A stretch of 64,000 bases of DNA, taken from NCBI GenBank assembly GCA_041690395.1, contig JAWLHJ010000003.1, positions 544,001 through 608,000 on the forward strand, written 5' to 3'. This document shows, piece by piece, positions 30,901 to 40,154 of the stretch; the stretch's first letter is position 1; each line of letters opens with the position of its first letter. The notes under the pieces were generated by a model, which ran no database searches, was not told where the DNA came from, and worked only from the letters and a program-made list of their open reading frames with translations. Both the position numbers and the translations under genes were made by a program. The stretch is from Longimicrobiales bacterium (GTDB lineage Bacteria > Gemmatimonadota > Gemmatimonadetes > Longimicrobiales > Gaopeijiaceae).

Positions 30901-30935
30901 TAATCCACACGCACACCAAAGCCGGAGCGACGGGG

Positions 30936-31271
30936 ATGAGCGAGCAGAACACCGACATCATCCAGGGGACCCTGGATATGCTCATCCTCAAGACACTGAG
31001 TCTCGGGTCTCTTCACGGCTACGGGATCGCCAAGCGGGTCGAGCAGATCACGCAGAACGTCTTCAAGGTGAATCCGGGCTCGCTCCTCACCGCGCTCAAG
31101 CGCATGGAGCGTGCGGGCTGGCTGGACTCGGAATGGCAGCGCACCGAGACGGGACGACGGGCGAAGTACTACGCCCTGACCCCCGCGGGGCGGAAGCAGC
31201 TCGCCATCGAGTCGGAGGACTGGCGGCGGCGCTCTGCCGCGGTGGGTCGCCTGCTGATGGCGGAAGGGTGA
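30936..31271 (+). CDS. PadR family transcriptional regulator
   Basis: QGTLDMLILKTL..LHGYGIA..PGSL..AL.RME..GW..GRRAKYYALT..GRKQL. Confidence 0.95.
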   Translation: MSEQNTDIIQGTLDMLILKTLSLGSLHGYGIAKRVEQITQNVFKVNPGSLLTALKRMERAGWLDSEWQRTETGRRAKYYALTPAGRKQLAIESEDWRRRSAAVGRLLMAEG

Positions 31272-31272
31272 G

Positions 31273-33921
31273 ATGACGAGGTTGTGGCGGACCATCCGGT
31301 CGGGTGTCGTGAACCTGCTGCGACGACGGAACGCGGACCGAGACGTATCGGACGAAGTTCGGCACTTCATGGAAGCCGCGGAGGCCGACCTCATCGCCCA
31401 GGGAATGGCGCCTGAGGAAGCTCGTCGTGCCGTGCGCCTCGAGTACGGCGACGATCTGGCCGCGCGCGAAGACGTGCGGCAGTACGGGTGGGAGGGTTGG
31501 ACGGACGCCCTCCTCTGCGACCTTCGCCTGAGTGCCCGGAACCTCCGGAGAAGTCCCGGCTTCACGACGGTGGTGGCCCTCACCTTGGGGCTGGGCATCG
31601 GCGGGGCAACGTCGATCTTCAGCGTCGCTCGCCCGGTCCTGTTCGAGCCCCTGCCCTACCCCGACCCCGAGCGCCTCGTCTCCATCGACGGGCGCGGCGA
31701 CGACGGCACCTCGGTGCAGTCCGCTTTCGGCACCTATCTGGAGCTCGCGGACCGTAGCCGAACCCTGGAGGCGCTGGCGGTCTTCCGGCCGTGGCAGCCC
31801 ACCCTGACCGGCGGTGACGAACCCGTCCGGTTGGACGCCCAGAGCGTGAGCGCCGGGTACTTCGACGTGCTGGGCGTGCACCCCGCCCTCGGTCGGGGAT
31901 TCGAGGCCGAAGCGGACCGGCCCGGAGGGCCTCTTCAGGTCATCCTCAGTGACGGCCTCTGGCGCGGCCGGTTCGGAGCCGACCCGGCCATCGTCGGGCG
32001 CACGCTCCAGCTCGACGGCAGTACGCATATGGTGATCGGGGTGATGCCCCGGACGTTCGAGAACGTGACGGCGCCGCATGCCCGCGCGTGGGCACTCCTC
32101 CAGTACGACGACACCCCGGTTTCGTTCGAGACCCGGGAGTGGGGCCGTCACCTCGACATGATCGGCCGCACAGCCCCCGGCACGGGTGTGACCGACGCCC
32201 GGGAGGAGCTGGGCGAGATCGCCGGGGATCCCCTCCCCGACTTCCCGCGACCGGAATGGGCGGCGCTGAGCCGGGGACTCTCGGTGCGCCCGCTCCGGGA
32301 CGCGACGACGGCGGACGCGCGCCCGACGATGCTCGTGTTCCTGGGCGCCGTGGGCCTCCTGGTGATGGTCACGTGCGCGAACCTCACCCTCCTGCTCCTG
32401 GCCCGAAGCGCCCGCCGCCGGGGGGAGTTCGCCATGCGTTCCGCCCTGGGAGCGGGACGGAGCCGACTCGCGCGCTACCTCCTCACGGAAAGCCTCCTCC
32501 TTTCCACCGTGGGCGGCCTCCTGGGATTCCTGTTCGCGCACCTCGGGGTCACGATGCTCGTGGCCCTGAGCCCCGCATCGTTGACGCGCGTGGACGCGGT
32601 AGGCCTGGACGGCACGGCCCTGGCCTTCGCGCTGGGGCTCACGACCCTGGTCGGCGTCGCGTTCGGACTCGTGCCCGGCCTCCACCGTTCCGCCAGCCGG
32701 CCGCAGCACATGCGCGAAGCCGGTCCCGGTCTCTCCCGGAAGAACCGAACCTCCCGTCGCACACTGGTGGTGGCACAGGTGGCCATGGCCGTGGTGCTCC
32801 TCGTGGGCACCGGCCTCATCCTCCGCAGCACGCAGCGACTCTTCTCCGTCCCACTGGGCTTCCAGCCCGCCCAGGTGTTGGTCCTCCAGGTGCACGGAAC
32901 GGGCCTGCCCTCCGGAGACGCGGCCACGCACGGCTTCTTCGACCGGGCCCTGGACGCCGTCGGATCGGTGCCCGGCGTCGTGTCCGCGGCCATGACCAGC
33001 CAGCTTCCCCTGAGCGGCGATGCCGACGTGTACGGGGTCGCCGTCACCGACGGGAACGATGTGGAGGGTGCGAACGGGCCGGCCCACCGCTACGCCGTGT
33101 CCCCTGGATACCTGGAAACCATGGGCACCCGGGTGCGGCGTGGCCGTGCCCTGGCGGCAACCGACGTGCCGGAGGCGCCTCCGGTCGCGGTGGTCAGCCA
33201 ACGGCTGGCCTCCCGGCTGTTCGGGGAGGGGAATCCCATCGGCCGCGTCATCCAGGTGGGCCCGCCTCGACCGGGCGGCTACACCATCGTGGGTGTCGTG
33301 GACGACGTGAAACAGACCTCTCTCTCCGAGGAAGACCTCGACGGGGTCTACATCCCCGCCCACCAGTGGCACTGGGCCGACCGGGTGCGTTGGATGACGG
33401 TGCGTGTCGCGGGAGATCCGGTGGAGGTCCTTCCTTCCATCCGGGACGCCATATGGTCGGTGGACGGCGACCAGCCGGTCGTGGGGGCGCAGCCCATGGA
33501 CACGCTGGTCACCCGTTCCGAGGATCGGCGTCGGTTCGTGCTCATGGTGATGTTCGCGTTCGCTCTCGCGGCGACGGCCCTGGCGATCATCGGTCTCTAC
33601 GGGGTGATGTCCGGAATGGTCGCCGAGCGCCTGCCCGAGATGGGTCTGCGGGCCGCCCTCGGAGCTCCGAGGGAGCGCATCGTGGGCCTGGTGTTCCGTC
33701 AGGGCATGATGATGACCGCCGCGGGTGTGGCCATTGGGGTGCTCGGAGCGGCCGCTGCGGGCAAGACGCTGACGACGCTGTTGTTCGAGGTGTCCACGCT
33801 CGACCCCGTCACCTACGTGGCGGTCGGCACGCTCCTGGTCGTGGCGGCCGGCATCGCGTGCATCGTGCCGGCCATCCACGCGGCCAGGGTAGACCCCGCC
33901 CGGACGCTGAAGGCCGACTGA
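31273..33921 (+). CDS. Duplicated MacB/FtsX-like ABC permease (ADOP type)
   Basis: DLR..RNLRRSPGFT..ALTLGLGIG; two MacB_PCD/FtsX halves; EMGLRAALGA; PA..AARVDP; follows padR. Confidence 0.93.
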   Translation: MTRLWRTIRSGVVNLLRRRNADRDVSDEVRHFMEAAEADLIAQGMAPEEARRAVRLEYGDDLAAREDVRQYGWEGWTDALLCDLRLSARNLRRSPGFTTVVALTLGLGIGGATSIFSVARPVLFEPLPYPDPERLVSIDGRGDDGTSVQSAFGTYLELADRSRTLEALAVFRPWQPTLTGGDEPVRLDAQSVSAGYFDVLGVHPALGRGFEAEADRPGGPLQVILSDGLWRGRFGADPAIVGRTLQLDGSTHMVIGVMPRTFENVTAPHARAWALLQYDDTPVSFETREWGRHLDMIGRTAPGTGVTDAREELGEIAGDPLPDFPRPEWAALSRGLSVRPLRDATTADARPTMLVFLGAVGLLVMVTCANLTLLLLARSARRRGEFAMRSALGAGRSRLARYLLTESLLLSTVGGLLGFLFAHLGVTMLVALSPASLTRVDAVGLDGTALAFALGLTTLVGVAFGLVPGLHRSASRPQHMREAGPGLSRKNRTSRRTLVVAQVAMAVVLLVGTGLILRSTQRLFSVPLGFQPAQVLVLQVHGTGLPSGDAATHGFFDRALDAVGSVPGVVSAAMTSQLPLSGDADVYGVAVTDGNDVEGANGPAHRYAVSPGYLETMGTRVRRGRALAATDVPEAPPVAVVSQRLASRLFGEGNPIGRVIQVGPPRPGGYTIVGVVDDVKQTSLSEEDLDGVYIPAHQWHWADRVRWMTVRVAGDPVEVLPSIRDAIWSVDGDQPVVGAQPMDTLVTRSEDRRRFVLMVMFAFALAATALAIIGLYGVMSGMVAERLPEMGLRAALGAPRERIVGLVFRQGMMMTAAGVAIGVLGAAAAGKTLTTLLFEVSTLDPVTYVAVGTLLVVAAGIACIVPAIHAARVDPARTLKAD

Positions 33922-34001
33922 GGCGTCCGGTTCGACCGACCACCACCGAACCCACAACGGCGCGGACTCGTACTACGCGGCCCGCGGGTTCCGCTGCGCG
34001 C

Positions 34002-35369
34002 TCAGCGTGTGACGGGATCCTCGGCGCCCCCACGACGACCGGGGGCGTCGAGCGCCTCGATCGCGTCGGCGTACCGCCGATTCACCTCATGCCTATCGTT
34101 CTCCTCCGGGAGCCCCTCGCGTGCTCCTCGTACGATCATCTCGGCATGTCGGCGAAGCGCCTCGCGATCATCCAGGCGGTCTGTGAATGCCGCCACGGTC
34201 GTGATGGCCTCCAAGAGCCGGATGGTGACCGCCGCGTCCGTCCGGGCGCTCTGCCGGATCTGATTGAACGCGGAGTCGACGACATCCGCGAAGGAGACGA
34301 CAGCATAGACCACCCGGACCCGGCCATGCTCGTCGTAGTGGAAAGGCGACGGAATCTCGCGCCGCGCCATGCGGGACAGCGCCGACGCCAGCTGATCCAC
34401 GCACCGCACGGCCGTGAACGGATCGTTCACTCCGGGAGACAGCGCGCGCACCGCGATCTCCACGATCTGATGGACCGAAAACTCGATGTCCTGTCCGGGC
34501 GTCCGCGTGATCCCGAGTATGAAGGCGTCGTTCACCCGGCGCATGAGGCGCTCGGTGACTCGGACCGCCGGCCAGACGCGCACGAGAGGCCCGTGCTCGA
34601 CGACATACGCGCTGGGCCCCTGATCGACCTTGAAGACGACGTCCTCCTCGGTGCCGAGCTTCACGAGGGCGCCGACGTCGACCGAACGAACGTATCCGTC
34701 CTCGGCGGTGAGGATCTTACGCGCCTCCTCGTCGAACCCCGGGGGAAGGACCGCGCCTTCCGACTCCTCCGACCTGTCCCGAGCCGCCGGATCCCAGCGG
34801 TCCGGAAAGATGTCGTCGATGTCTCGCATCAACTCCCGGCCGACGCGCGCCACGACGTGGTCCGCCTGGATCGAGAGTGAGATGTGATGGATGAAGTAGA
34901 TCAAGACCCCCACGCTCACCACGGCGAGCGCCACCCCGAGTGTCACCGCCAGGTGGGGCACGAAGAGGTTGTCCTCCGCGCGCCGAATGGTCCGGAGCAC
35001 GAGCAGGCAGTACAGGAACGTCGCCACGAACGTGCCGAGCACGACCTGATTGATCGTATCCCGCATGAAGTTCCGCAGCAGTCGCGGGCCGAGCTGAGAC
35101 GAAGCGAGAGATAGCGCGATCAGTGTCATCGAGAAGACGACGCCGGCGATGGTGATCATTGACCCGGCGATGGTTCCGAGGACGGTGCTCGCTCCCTCCG
35201 CGCCCCCGGTATACAAGAACCCGAAGCTTTCGCGCCACTCGTCCGACTTGGTGCGATCGAGCGCGACGGCGCCGACGGCGAGCAGGGCCGCGCCGCCGCT
35301 CATCACACCGGGAATGAACCAGAAGCTCGAGCGCACGAGCTGCCACCATTTGACCAGGCGGTTCATCAC
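34002..35369 (-). CDS. DUF2254 family membrane protein
   Basis: SFWFIP, VFSMTLIALSLASSQLGPRLL, RALSPGVNDPFTA. Confidence 0.9.
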   Translation of the reverse strand: MMNRLVKWWQLVRSSFWFIPGVMSGGAALLAVGAVALDRTKSDEWRESFGFLYTGGAEGASTVLGTIAGSMITIAGVVFSMTLIALSLASSQLGPRLLRNFMRDTINQVVLGTFVATFLYCLLVLRTIRRAEDNLFVPHLAVTLGVALAVVSVGVLIYFIHHISLSIQADHVVARVGRELMRDIDDIFPDRWDPAARDRSEESEGAVLPPGFDEEARKILTAEDGYVRSVDVGALVKLGTEEDVVFKVDQGPSAYVVEHGPLVRVWPAVRVTERLMRRVNDAFILGITRTPGQDIEFSVHQIVEIAVRALSPGVNDPFTAVRCVDQLASALSRMARREIPSPFHYDEHGRVRVVYAVVSFADVVDSAFNQIRQSARTDAAVTIRLLEAITTVAAFTDRLDDREALRRHAEMIVRGAREGLPEENDRHEVNRRYADAIEALDAPGRRGGAEDPVTR

Positions 35370-35510
35370 GGCCGCCTACCCAGGAGCAAGGAACCATCCA
35401 GGACATCTGACTCCATGCGAACTCCGGGATCTCGGGGATCAGGGCGTCGCGTCCCTCATTCGTCGACGTGGATCACTCGAAGGTTACCACGCCGGGGGTA
35501 TCCGCGCCCC

Positions 35511-36965
35511 CTACCACCCGCCGCCCGAGCCCCCGGGCCGCACGAAGTCCGTCCCTTCCCAACACCGGTCCTCCCGGTACCCGGGGATCTCGGGCCGCTC
35601 GCAGAAGCGCTCGGCCGACTCGGGACGCAGATCGATGAGACGGTTCAAGGCACCGTCGGTCTTGTGCAGGTCGAACGAATCGTAGAGCACCCCACCCGTG
35701 GTGCGGGACTCGTAGACCAGCCGGTCCCACTCCACCCGAATCGTCTGATAGAGCTGCGTGTCCTCACCGATCCGGTCGAGGACCGCCCGCGCGTCGTCGG
35801 AGGCGAAGTACATCTTCGGACCCGAGACCGAGACGACGTACATGGTGCCCGTGTGACCGGCCCACGCCATGGTGCCTTCGAAGAGGTTGGACCCGCGCCC
35901 GTAGGCGTGGTCGTGCCCCTGGAGCACCAGGTCCACGCCGTACTCCTCGAACAGGGGCTGCCAGTGCTCCTGGAGCGCGGGATTGTCCCGGCCGCGCGCC
36001 ACCGAGAAGACCGGGTGGTGGAAGGTCACGACGGTCCATCGGTTGGGATTGTCGGAGAGCAGACTCTCGAGCCACCGGGCCTGGTGCTCGACCTGATCGG
36101 GCGCCTCGTCGTAGACCGCCTCCACCGAGTTGAGCGCGATGAAGCGCACCCCTTGGTAATCCACGGAGTAGACGGTGCCTTCCATCCCGTCCGGTCCGTT
36201 CGGCGGGAGCGTGAACTGAACCGGCCAGTGGGGCGACAAGCTCCGCCTCTCCTCACCCACCTCGTTCACCTCGTCCACATACTCGTGGTTCCCTGTCGCG
36301 GGCAGGCTCGGGATCATTCCGTGGAGCCATCCCCCGGCCTCGAACCACTCGCCCCACTCGTCGTCGTGGCTCCCTTCGCGCAGGTTCACGAGGTCGCCGG
36401 CGAAGACCATGAGCCGCGCTTCCGGCAGGTCCAGGGCGGCCTGCCGAATGGTGCGGGAGAAGTGTGACTTCACCGCGTTTTGCGAGTCACCGAAGTACAG
36501 GAACGAGAACGGCGTGAAGTCGGTCGACGCGGTCCGGAACTGAAACCACTCGCTCCACGTCCCGGCGCCACCCACCCGGTATGCGTAGAGCGTGTTCGGA
36601 CGCAAATCGCTGAAGACCACCGAGTGGTGATGGGCCACGCCGTTCTCCGCTTCGAGCGGGGTCGTGGTGCCCGGTACGGACCGGGCGCCAAGGTGCAGCC
36701 CGGGCGTGGCGGTCGCGACCGCGATCTCTGCGACGGCGGTGGTGACCCCCGTGCCCGTGCGCCAGGTCACCGCCTGCGTACGGGCCGGGTCGCCGACGAA
36801 GGTCAGGACGATGCGGTCCGGGTAGCCGGTCGGTTCGTATCGGGGCATGCCGTCCACGACGAGCGTGTTCTGGGCCTGCGCGGTCGCCGCGATCAGGAGG
36901 AGGGGGAGAACGGCCACCGCCACGGCACGAGCGAAACCGACGGGTGATGCGAGCTGGTACGGCAT
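35511..36965 (-). CDS. Secreted purple acid phosphatase-like metallophosphoesterase with FN3 N-domain
   Basis: Signal peptide; GDSQ, AGDLV, GNHE, FHHP, GHDH calcineurin-like motifs. Confidence 0.9.
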   Translation of the reverse strand: MPYQLASPVGFARAVAVAVLPLLLIAATAQAQNTLVVDGMPRYEPTGYPDRIVLTFVGDPARTQAVTWRTGTGVTTAVAEIAVATATPGLHLGARSVPGTTTPLEAENGVAHHHSVVFSDLRPNTLYAYRVGGAGTWSEWFQFRTASTDFTPFSFLYFGDSQNAVKSHFSRTIRQAALDLPEARLMVFAGDLVNLREGSHDDEWGEWFEAGGWLHGMIPSLPATGNHEYVDEVNEVGEERRSLSPHWPVQFTLPPNGPDGMEGTVYSVDYQGVRFIALNSVEAVYDEAPDQVEHQARWLESLLSDNPNRWTVVTFHHPVFSVARGRDNPALQEHWQPLFEEYGVDLVLQGHDHAYGRGSNLFEGTMAWAGHTGTMYVVSVSGPKMYFASDDARAVLDRIGEDTQLYQTIRVEWDRLVYESRTTGGVLYDSFDLHKTDGALNRLIDLRPESAERFCERPEIPGYREDRCWEGTDFVRPGGSGGGW

Positions 36966-37031
36966 GGAACGCCTCGAGACTCGGGAACGGGAATGAATCC
37001 CCGAATCATGACGGCCCATCCCTAAGACGGA

Positions 37032-37058
37032 GTCACGTTCCGGTCACGGGTCGGCAAC
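37032..37058. promoter_or_regulatory. 11-bp periodic direct repeats (Pho-box/OmpR-like)
   Basis: GTCAC at 37032 and 37043, GCAAC at 37054, upstream of the phosphatase start. Confidence 0.35.
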
Positions 37059-37144
37059 GCCCCACTGGCGCTGGTGCCTTCCGAGCCCGGTTGCATCGAC
37101 GCCATGTGCCATGCCTTCCACCACCGGGCCACCTCGGGTAGATT

Positions 37145-37167
37145 TCTTCATGATTTTTTCATGAAGA
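37145..37167. promoter_or_regulatory. AT-rich perfect palindrome, candidate operator
   Basis: TCTTCATGA-TTTTT-TCATGAAGA about 30 nt upstream of ORF 37199. Confidence 0.6.
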
Positions 37168-37198
37168 CGACTCCGCGAGCGTACTCGAAAGACGTCCG

Positions 37199-37678
37199 AT
37201 GATTCTGTCCCGAAGCCGGCTGCGCCTCCCCGCCGCCCTCGTCACCTGTCTCCTGCTCCTTACCGGTGCAGGTGAAGTGCTCGGCGCGTGCTACTGCGCG
37301 CACCGGGGCGGTGAGGCCATGGAGGGGCACGGCCCGGCGCACGGGGCCGTAGAGGACGACCTTCCGGCAGCGGGCCCCCACGGGCACGGCTCCGGACACC
37401 GGTCTTCGGTGGAGACCACCCTCCATTTGGACGCGGTCGCCGAACACCCCGACGAGCACGGAACGGAGAACCCGGCGAGCAGCGCCTGCCGGGCCCTCTG
37501 TGCGCTGGCCTGCAGCAGCAACGCCGGTCCGACGCCGGACGTCACCGAGCGCGCGCCCGACCTCGTCACCTGCGCGGCCGCCGCGCCGGCTCCCGCGGTC
37601 GAGTCGATCGACATGGTGCCGCCAACGGCGCGCCCCCACATCCTTCCCCTCTCCCAGGCACCCCCCACGACGTCCTGA
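37199..37678 (+). CDS. His/Cys-rich exported leader protein (DUF2946/CruR-like) with C-terminal QAPP
   Basis: Hydrophobic N-terminus, CYCAH, 10 His, CxxxCxxxC, Pro-rich tail PHILPLSQAPPTTS-stop; precedes a TonB receptor. Confidence 0.7.
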   Translation: MILSRSRLRLPAALVTCLLLLTGAGEVLGACYCAHRGGEAMEGHGPAHGAVEDDLPAAGPHGHGSGHRSSVETTLHLDAVAEHPDEHGTENPASSACRALCALACSSNAGPTPDVTERAPDLVTCAAAAPAPAVESIDMVPPTARPHILPLSQAPPTTS

Positions 37679-37777
37679 GGCGCGAGCCGCCCCCGAGGGG
37701 GCCGCGCTCCACCCATCAGGACGCTCCGGACCGCGACGTCCGGAGTCCACCGCTTCTTCGTGGACGGGAGTCTACCC

Positions 37778-40096
37778 ATGCATTCGTGTATCTCACGAGC
37801 AGCGCCCGCGGGCGCGCGCTCCATGTTCCTGGCCTTGCTCGTATTCTTCCTCGGCGCCTCTCCGGCCCTCGCCCAGAGCGGCACGCTGAGGGTGTCGGTC
37901 TCGGACAACGAGAATCGCCCGCTGGCGAACGCGGCCGTGCGCGTCGACGGCACGCGTCTCGGTACCTTCACGAGTGGCGACGGAACCGCGACCATCTCCG
38001 GCGTGCCGGTCGGTGATCGCTCGATCACCGCGTCGCTTCTCGGATACGGCGACGAGCGCTCGAACGTGACGATCGTCGCAGGCGGCACCGTGAACGTGGA
38101 TATCGTCCTCGTCGCGGCGCCCTTGCAGGTCACGGGCATCGAAGTCTCCGTCCTCCGCCCAGACCTGAGCCCGGACGTCCGGGTCGCTGAGAGCGAGCTC
38201 CAGGAGGAGAATCCACACGACGTCGGAGCGGTGATGCGCTCGCTTCCGGGTCTCGACGCCATCCGCAGGGGTGGCCTGGGCCTGGACCCCGTCGTACGGG
38301 GTCTCCGGGACACGCAGGTCGGGGCGTACGTCGACGGCATGCGTACGCTGCCGGGAGGACCCGGCGGGATGGACACGCCGCTCTCCCACGTCGACCCGTC
38401 CGCCATCAAGGGGATGGAGGTCATGAAGGGCCCCTACGCGCTCACATGGGGAGCCGGCAACATGAGCGCCATCCGGGTCGAGACCCAGCGGCTCCCGCTG
38501 CGCGGAGCGGCGCCCGTCTCGGGGCAGCTCCGCGCCGGATACGACACGAACCTCTCCGCCACTGAGACGGGCCTGGAGCTCACCGGCACGGCCTCCTCCA
38601 TCGCCTACGCTGCATCCGGTGCCTGGCGCGAAGGCGGCGACTACGTCTCCGGTGCCGGCCTCGAGACCCCGTCCAGCTTCACGAGCGGCGAGGTTCGCGG
38701 CCGCCTCGGCATCTTCACCGGGCCCGCGTCGACGTTGACGGCGTCCGGCTGGTACCAGGGCCAGCGGGACATCGACTACCCCGGCCGTCCCCTGGACGCC
38801 GCATTCTTCGATACCTACAACGGGTCGCTGCGTTGGCAGCACCAGCCGGCCGCCGGCGTGGTCCGGTCCCTCGACGCGATGGCCTACGTGTACACCGTGG
38901 ACCATGCGATGAACAACGACGGCAAGCCCACGGCGCTGGCCAATCCGGACCGCATGCCCCCGTTCGCGATGGACATCCTGACCGTCGCCAACACCGGGAT
39001 GGTCGGAGGTCGCCTGGCCACCGAGCTCGCCCCGGGCGGTGACTGGACCCTCGAGCTCGGGGGCGACGCCTATGCGGCGGACCACGACGCGTCGGGGGTG
39101 ACCCGGAACCGCGACACGGGGATGGTCATGATGGAGCGGCTCATCTGGGGTGGCGCGCGCCTGTCCAACATCGGGCTGTTCGCCAAGGCCGATCACCCGC
39201 TCGGGCGCCTGTCGGCTTCGGGAACGATCCGGGTCGACCATGTGCGGGCCGACGCCGACTCGGCCAGCACGTTCTTCACGGACAACGCATCCGCGGAGCT
39301 GGCCTCGACGGAGACGAACCTGAGTGGCGCGTTGACCCTTTCGCTGCCGGTGACGTCGCGTTGGTCCCTCTCGGGCGGCGTGGGCTCGGTGGTGCGCACC
39401 GCGGACGCGAACGAGCGCTTCTCCGATCGCTCCCCTTCGAAGCGGGCGCAGATCGGAGCCGAGTTTCTGGGCGATCCGGGCCTCCGGCCCGAGCGGAGCA
39501 CGCAGGTCGACCTCTGGGTGGACGCCCGGTATCCGCGCTGGGCCGCTTCGGTGAACGTCTTCTGGCAGCGGATCGACGACGCCATCACCATCGAGGCCAC
39601 CGATCTGCCGCGGATGAGCGCCATGAGCGCTCCCACGGTCTTCCGGTACGTGAACGGAGACGCGCGCTACCGGGGCGCCGAGGCCTCCGGACAGCTGTCG
39701 CTCACCGATGCAGTCACCGTCTCGGCGTCCACGGCGCATCTCTGGGGCGAGGACGTGACGCTGGACGAGCCGGCGCTCGGCGTGTCCCCGTGGCGCGCCG
39801 ACCTCGGCGTCCGCTGGGAGCCCGCGACGGACGCCTTCCTCCAGCTGTCCGGCCGCACCGTGGCGAGTCAGGAGCGGGTCTCCACCACCCGCGGCGAGTC
39901 ATCGACGCCGGGCTACGAGACCGTGGACGTGCACGCCGGCATTCCGCTACCCGGCGGAGTCACCGCGCGCTTCGGGGTCGACAATCTGTTCGACCGGGCC
40001 TACACGAATCACCTGAATGCACGTAACCCGTTCACGGGCTTCGCGGTGGCCGAGCCCGGGCGCGTGCTCTTCGCCAGGATGAGCGTGCGCTTCTGA
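37778..40096 (+). CDS. TonB-dependent receptor, OprC/NosA-like (probable copper/metal uptake)
   Basis: Signal peptide, carboxypeptidase-regulatory-like N-domain, plug DPVVRG..DGM..MDTPLSH..KGPY, DHAMNN, GVDNLFDRAY..H, EPGR, terminal Phe. GTG at 37760 is an alternative start. Confidence 0.88.
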   Translation: MHSCISRAAPAGARSMFLALLVFFLGASPALAQSGTLRVSVSDNENRPLANAAVRVDGTRLGTFTSGDGTATISGVPVGDRSITASLLGYGDERSNVTIVAGGTVNVDIVLVAAPLQVTGIEVSVLRPDLSPDVRVAESELQEENPHDVGAVMRSLPGLDAIRRGGLGLDPVVRGLRDTQVGAYVDGMRTLPGGPGGMDTPLSHVDPSAIKGMEVMKGPYALTWGAGNMSAIRVETQRLPLRGAAPVSGQLRAGYDTNLSATETGLELTGTASSIAYAASGAWREGGDYVSGAGLETPSSFTSGEVRGRLGIFTGPASTLTASGWYQGQRDIDYPGRPLDAAFFDTYNGSLRWQHQPAAGVVRSLDAMAYVYTVDHAMNNDGKPTALANPDRMPPFAMDILTVANTGMVGGRLATELAPGGDWTLELGGDAYAADHDASGVTRNRDTGMVMMERLIWGGARLSNIGLFAKADHPLGRLSASGTIRVDHVRADADSASTFFTDNASAELASTETNLSGALTLSLPVTSRWSLSGGVGSVVRTADANERFSDRSPSKRAQIGAEFLGDPGLRPERSTQVDLWVDARYPRWAASVNVFWQRIDDAITIEATDLPRMSAMSAPTVFRYVNGDARYRGAEASGQLSLTDAVTVSASTAHLWGEDVTLDEPALGVSPWRADLGVRWEPATDAFLQLSGRTVASQERVSTTRGESSTPGYETVDVHAGIPLPGGVTARFGVDNLFDRAYTNHLNARNPFTGFAVAEPGRVLFARMSVRF

Positions 40097-40105
40097 CGGG
40101 TAGGC

Positions 40106-40140
40106 GGGCCCCGGTCGGTGAAGGACGCCGGCCGGGGCCC
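40106..40140. terminator. GC-rich hairpin between convergent genes
   Basis: GGGCCCCGGTCGGTG-AAGGA-CGCCGGCCGGGGCCC, 15-bp stem with two G.U pairs; no U tract. Confidence 0.55.
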
Positions 40141-40154
40141 CCGCCGACGGCGCG

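Noticed and set aside
31096..34880. Very long alternative-frame ORFs (953 aa minus, 930 aa plus), and similar ones at 17042..19423, 44129..46552, 46746..49157
   Set aside because: Arg/Pro/Gly-rich antisense or off-frame shadows expected at high GC; no recognisable motifs
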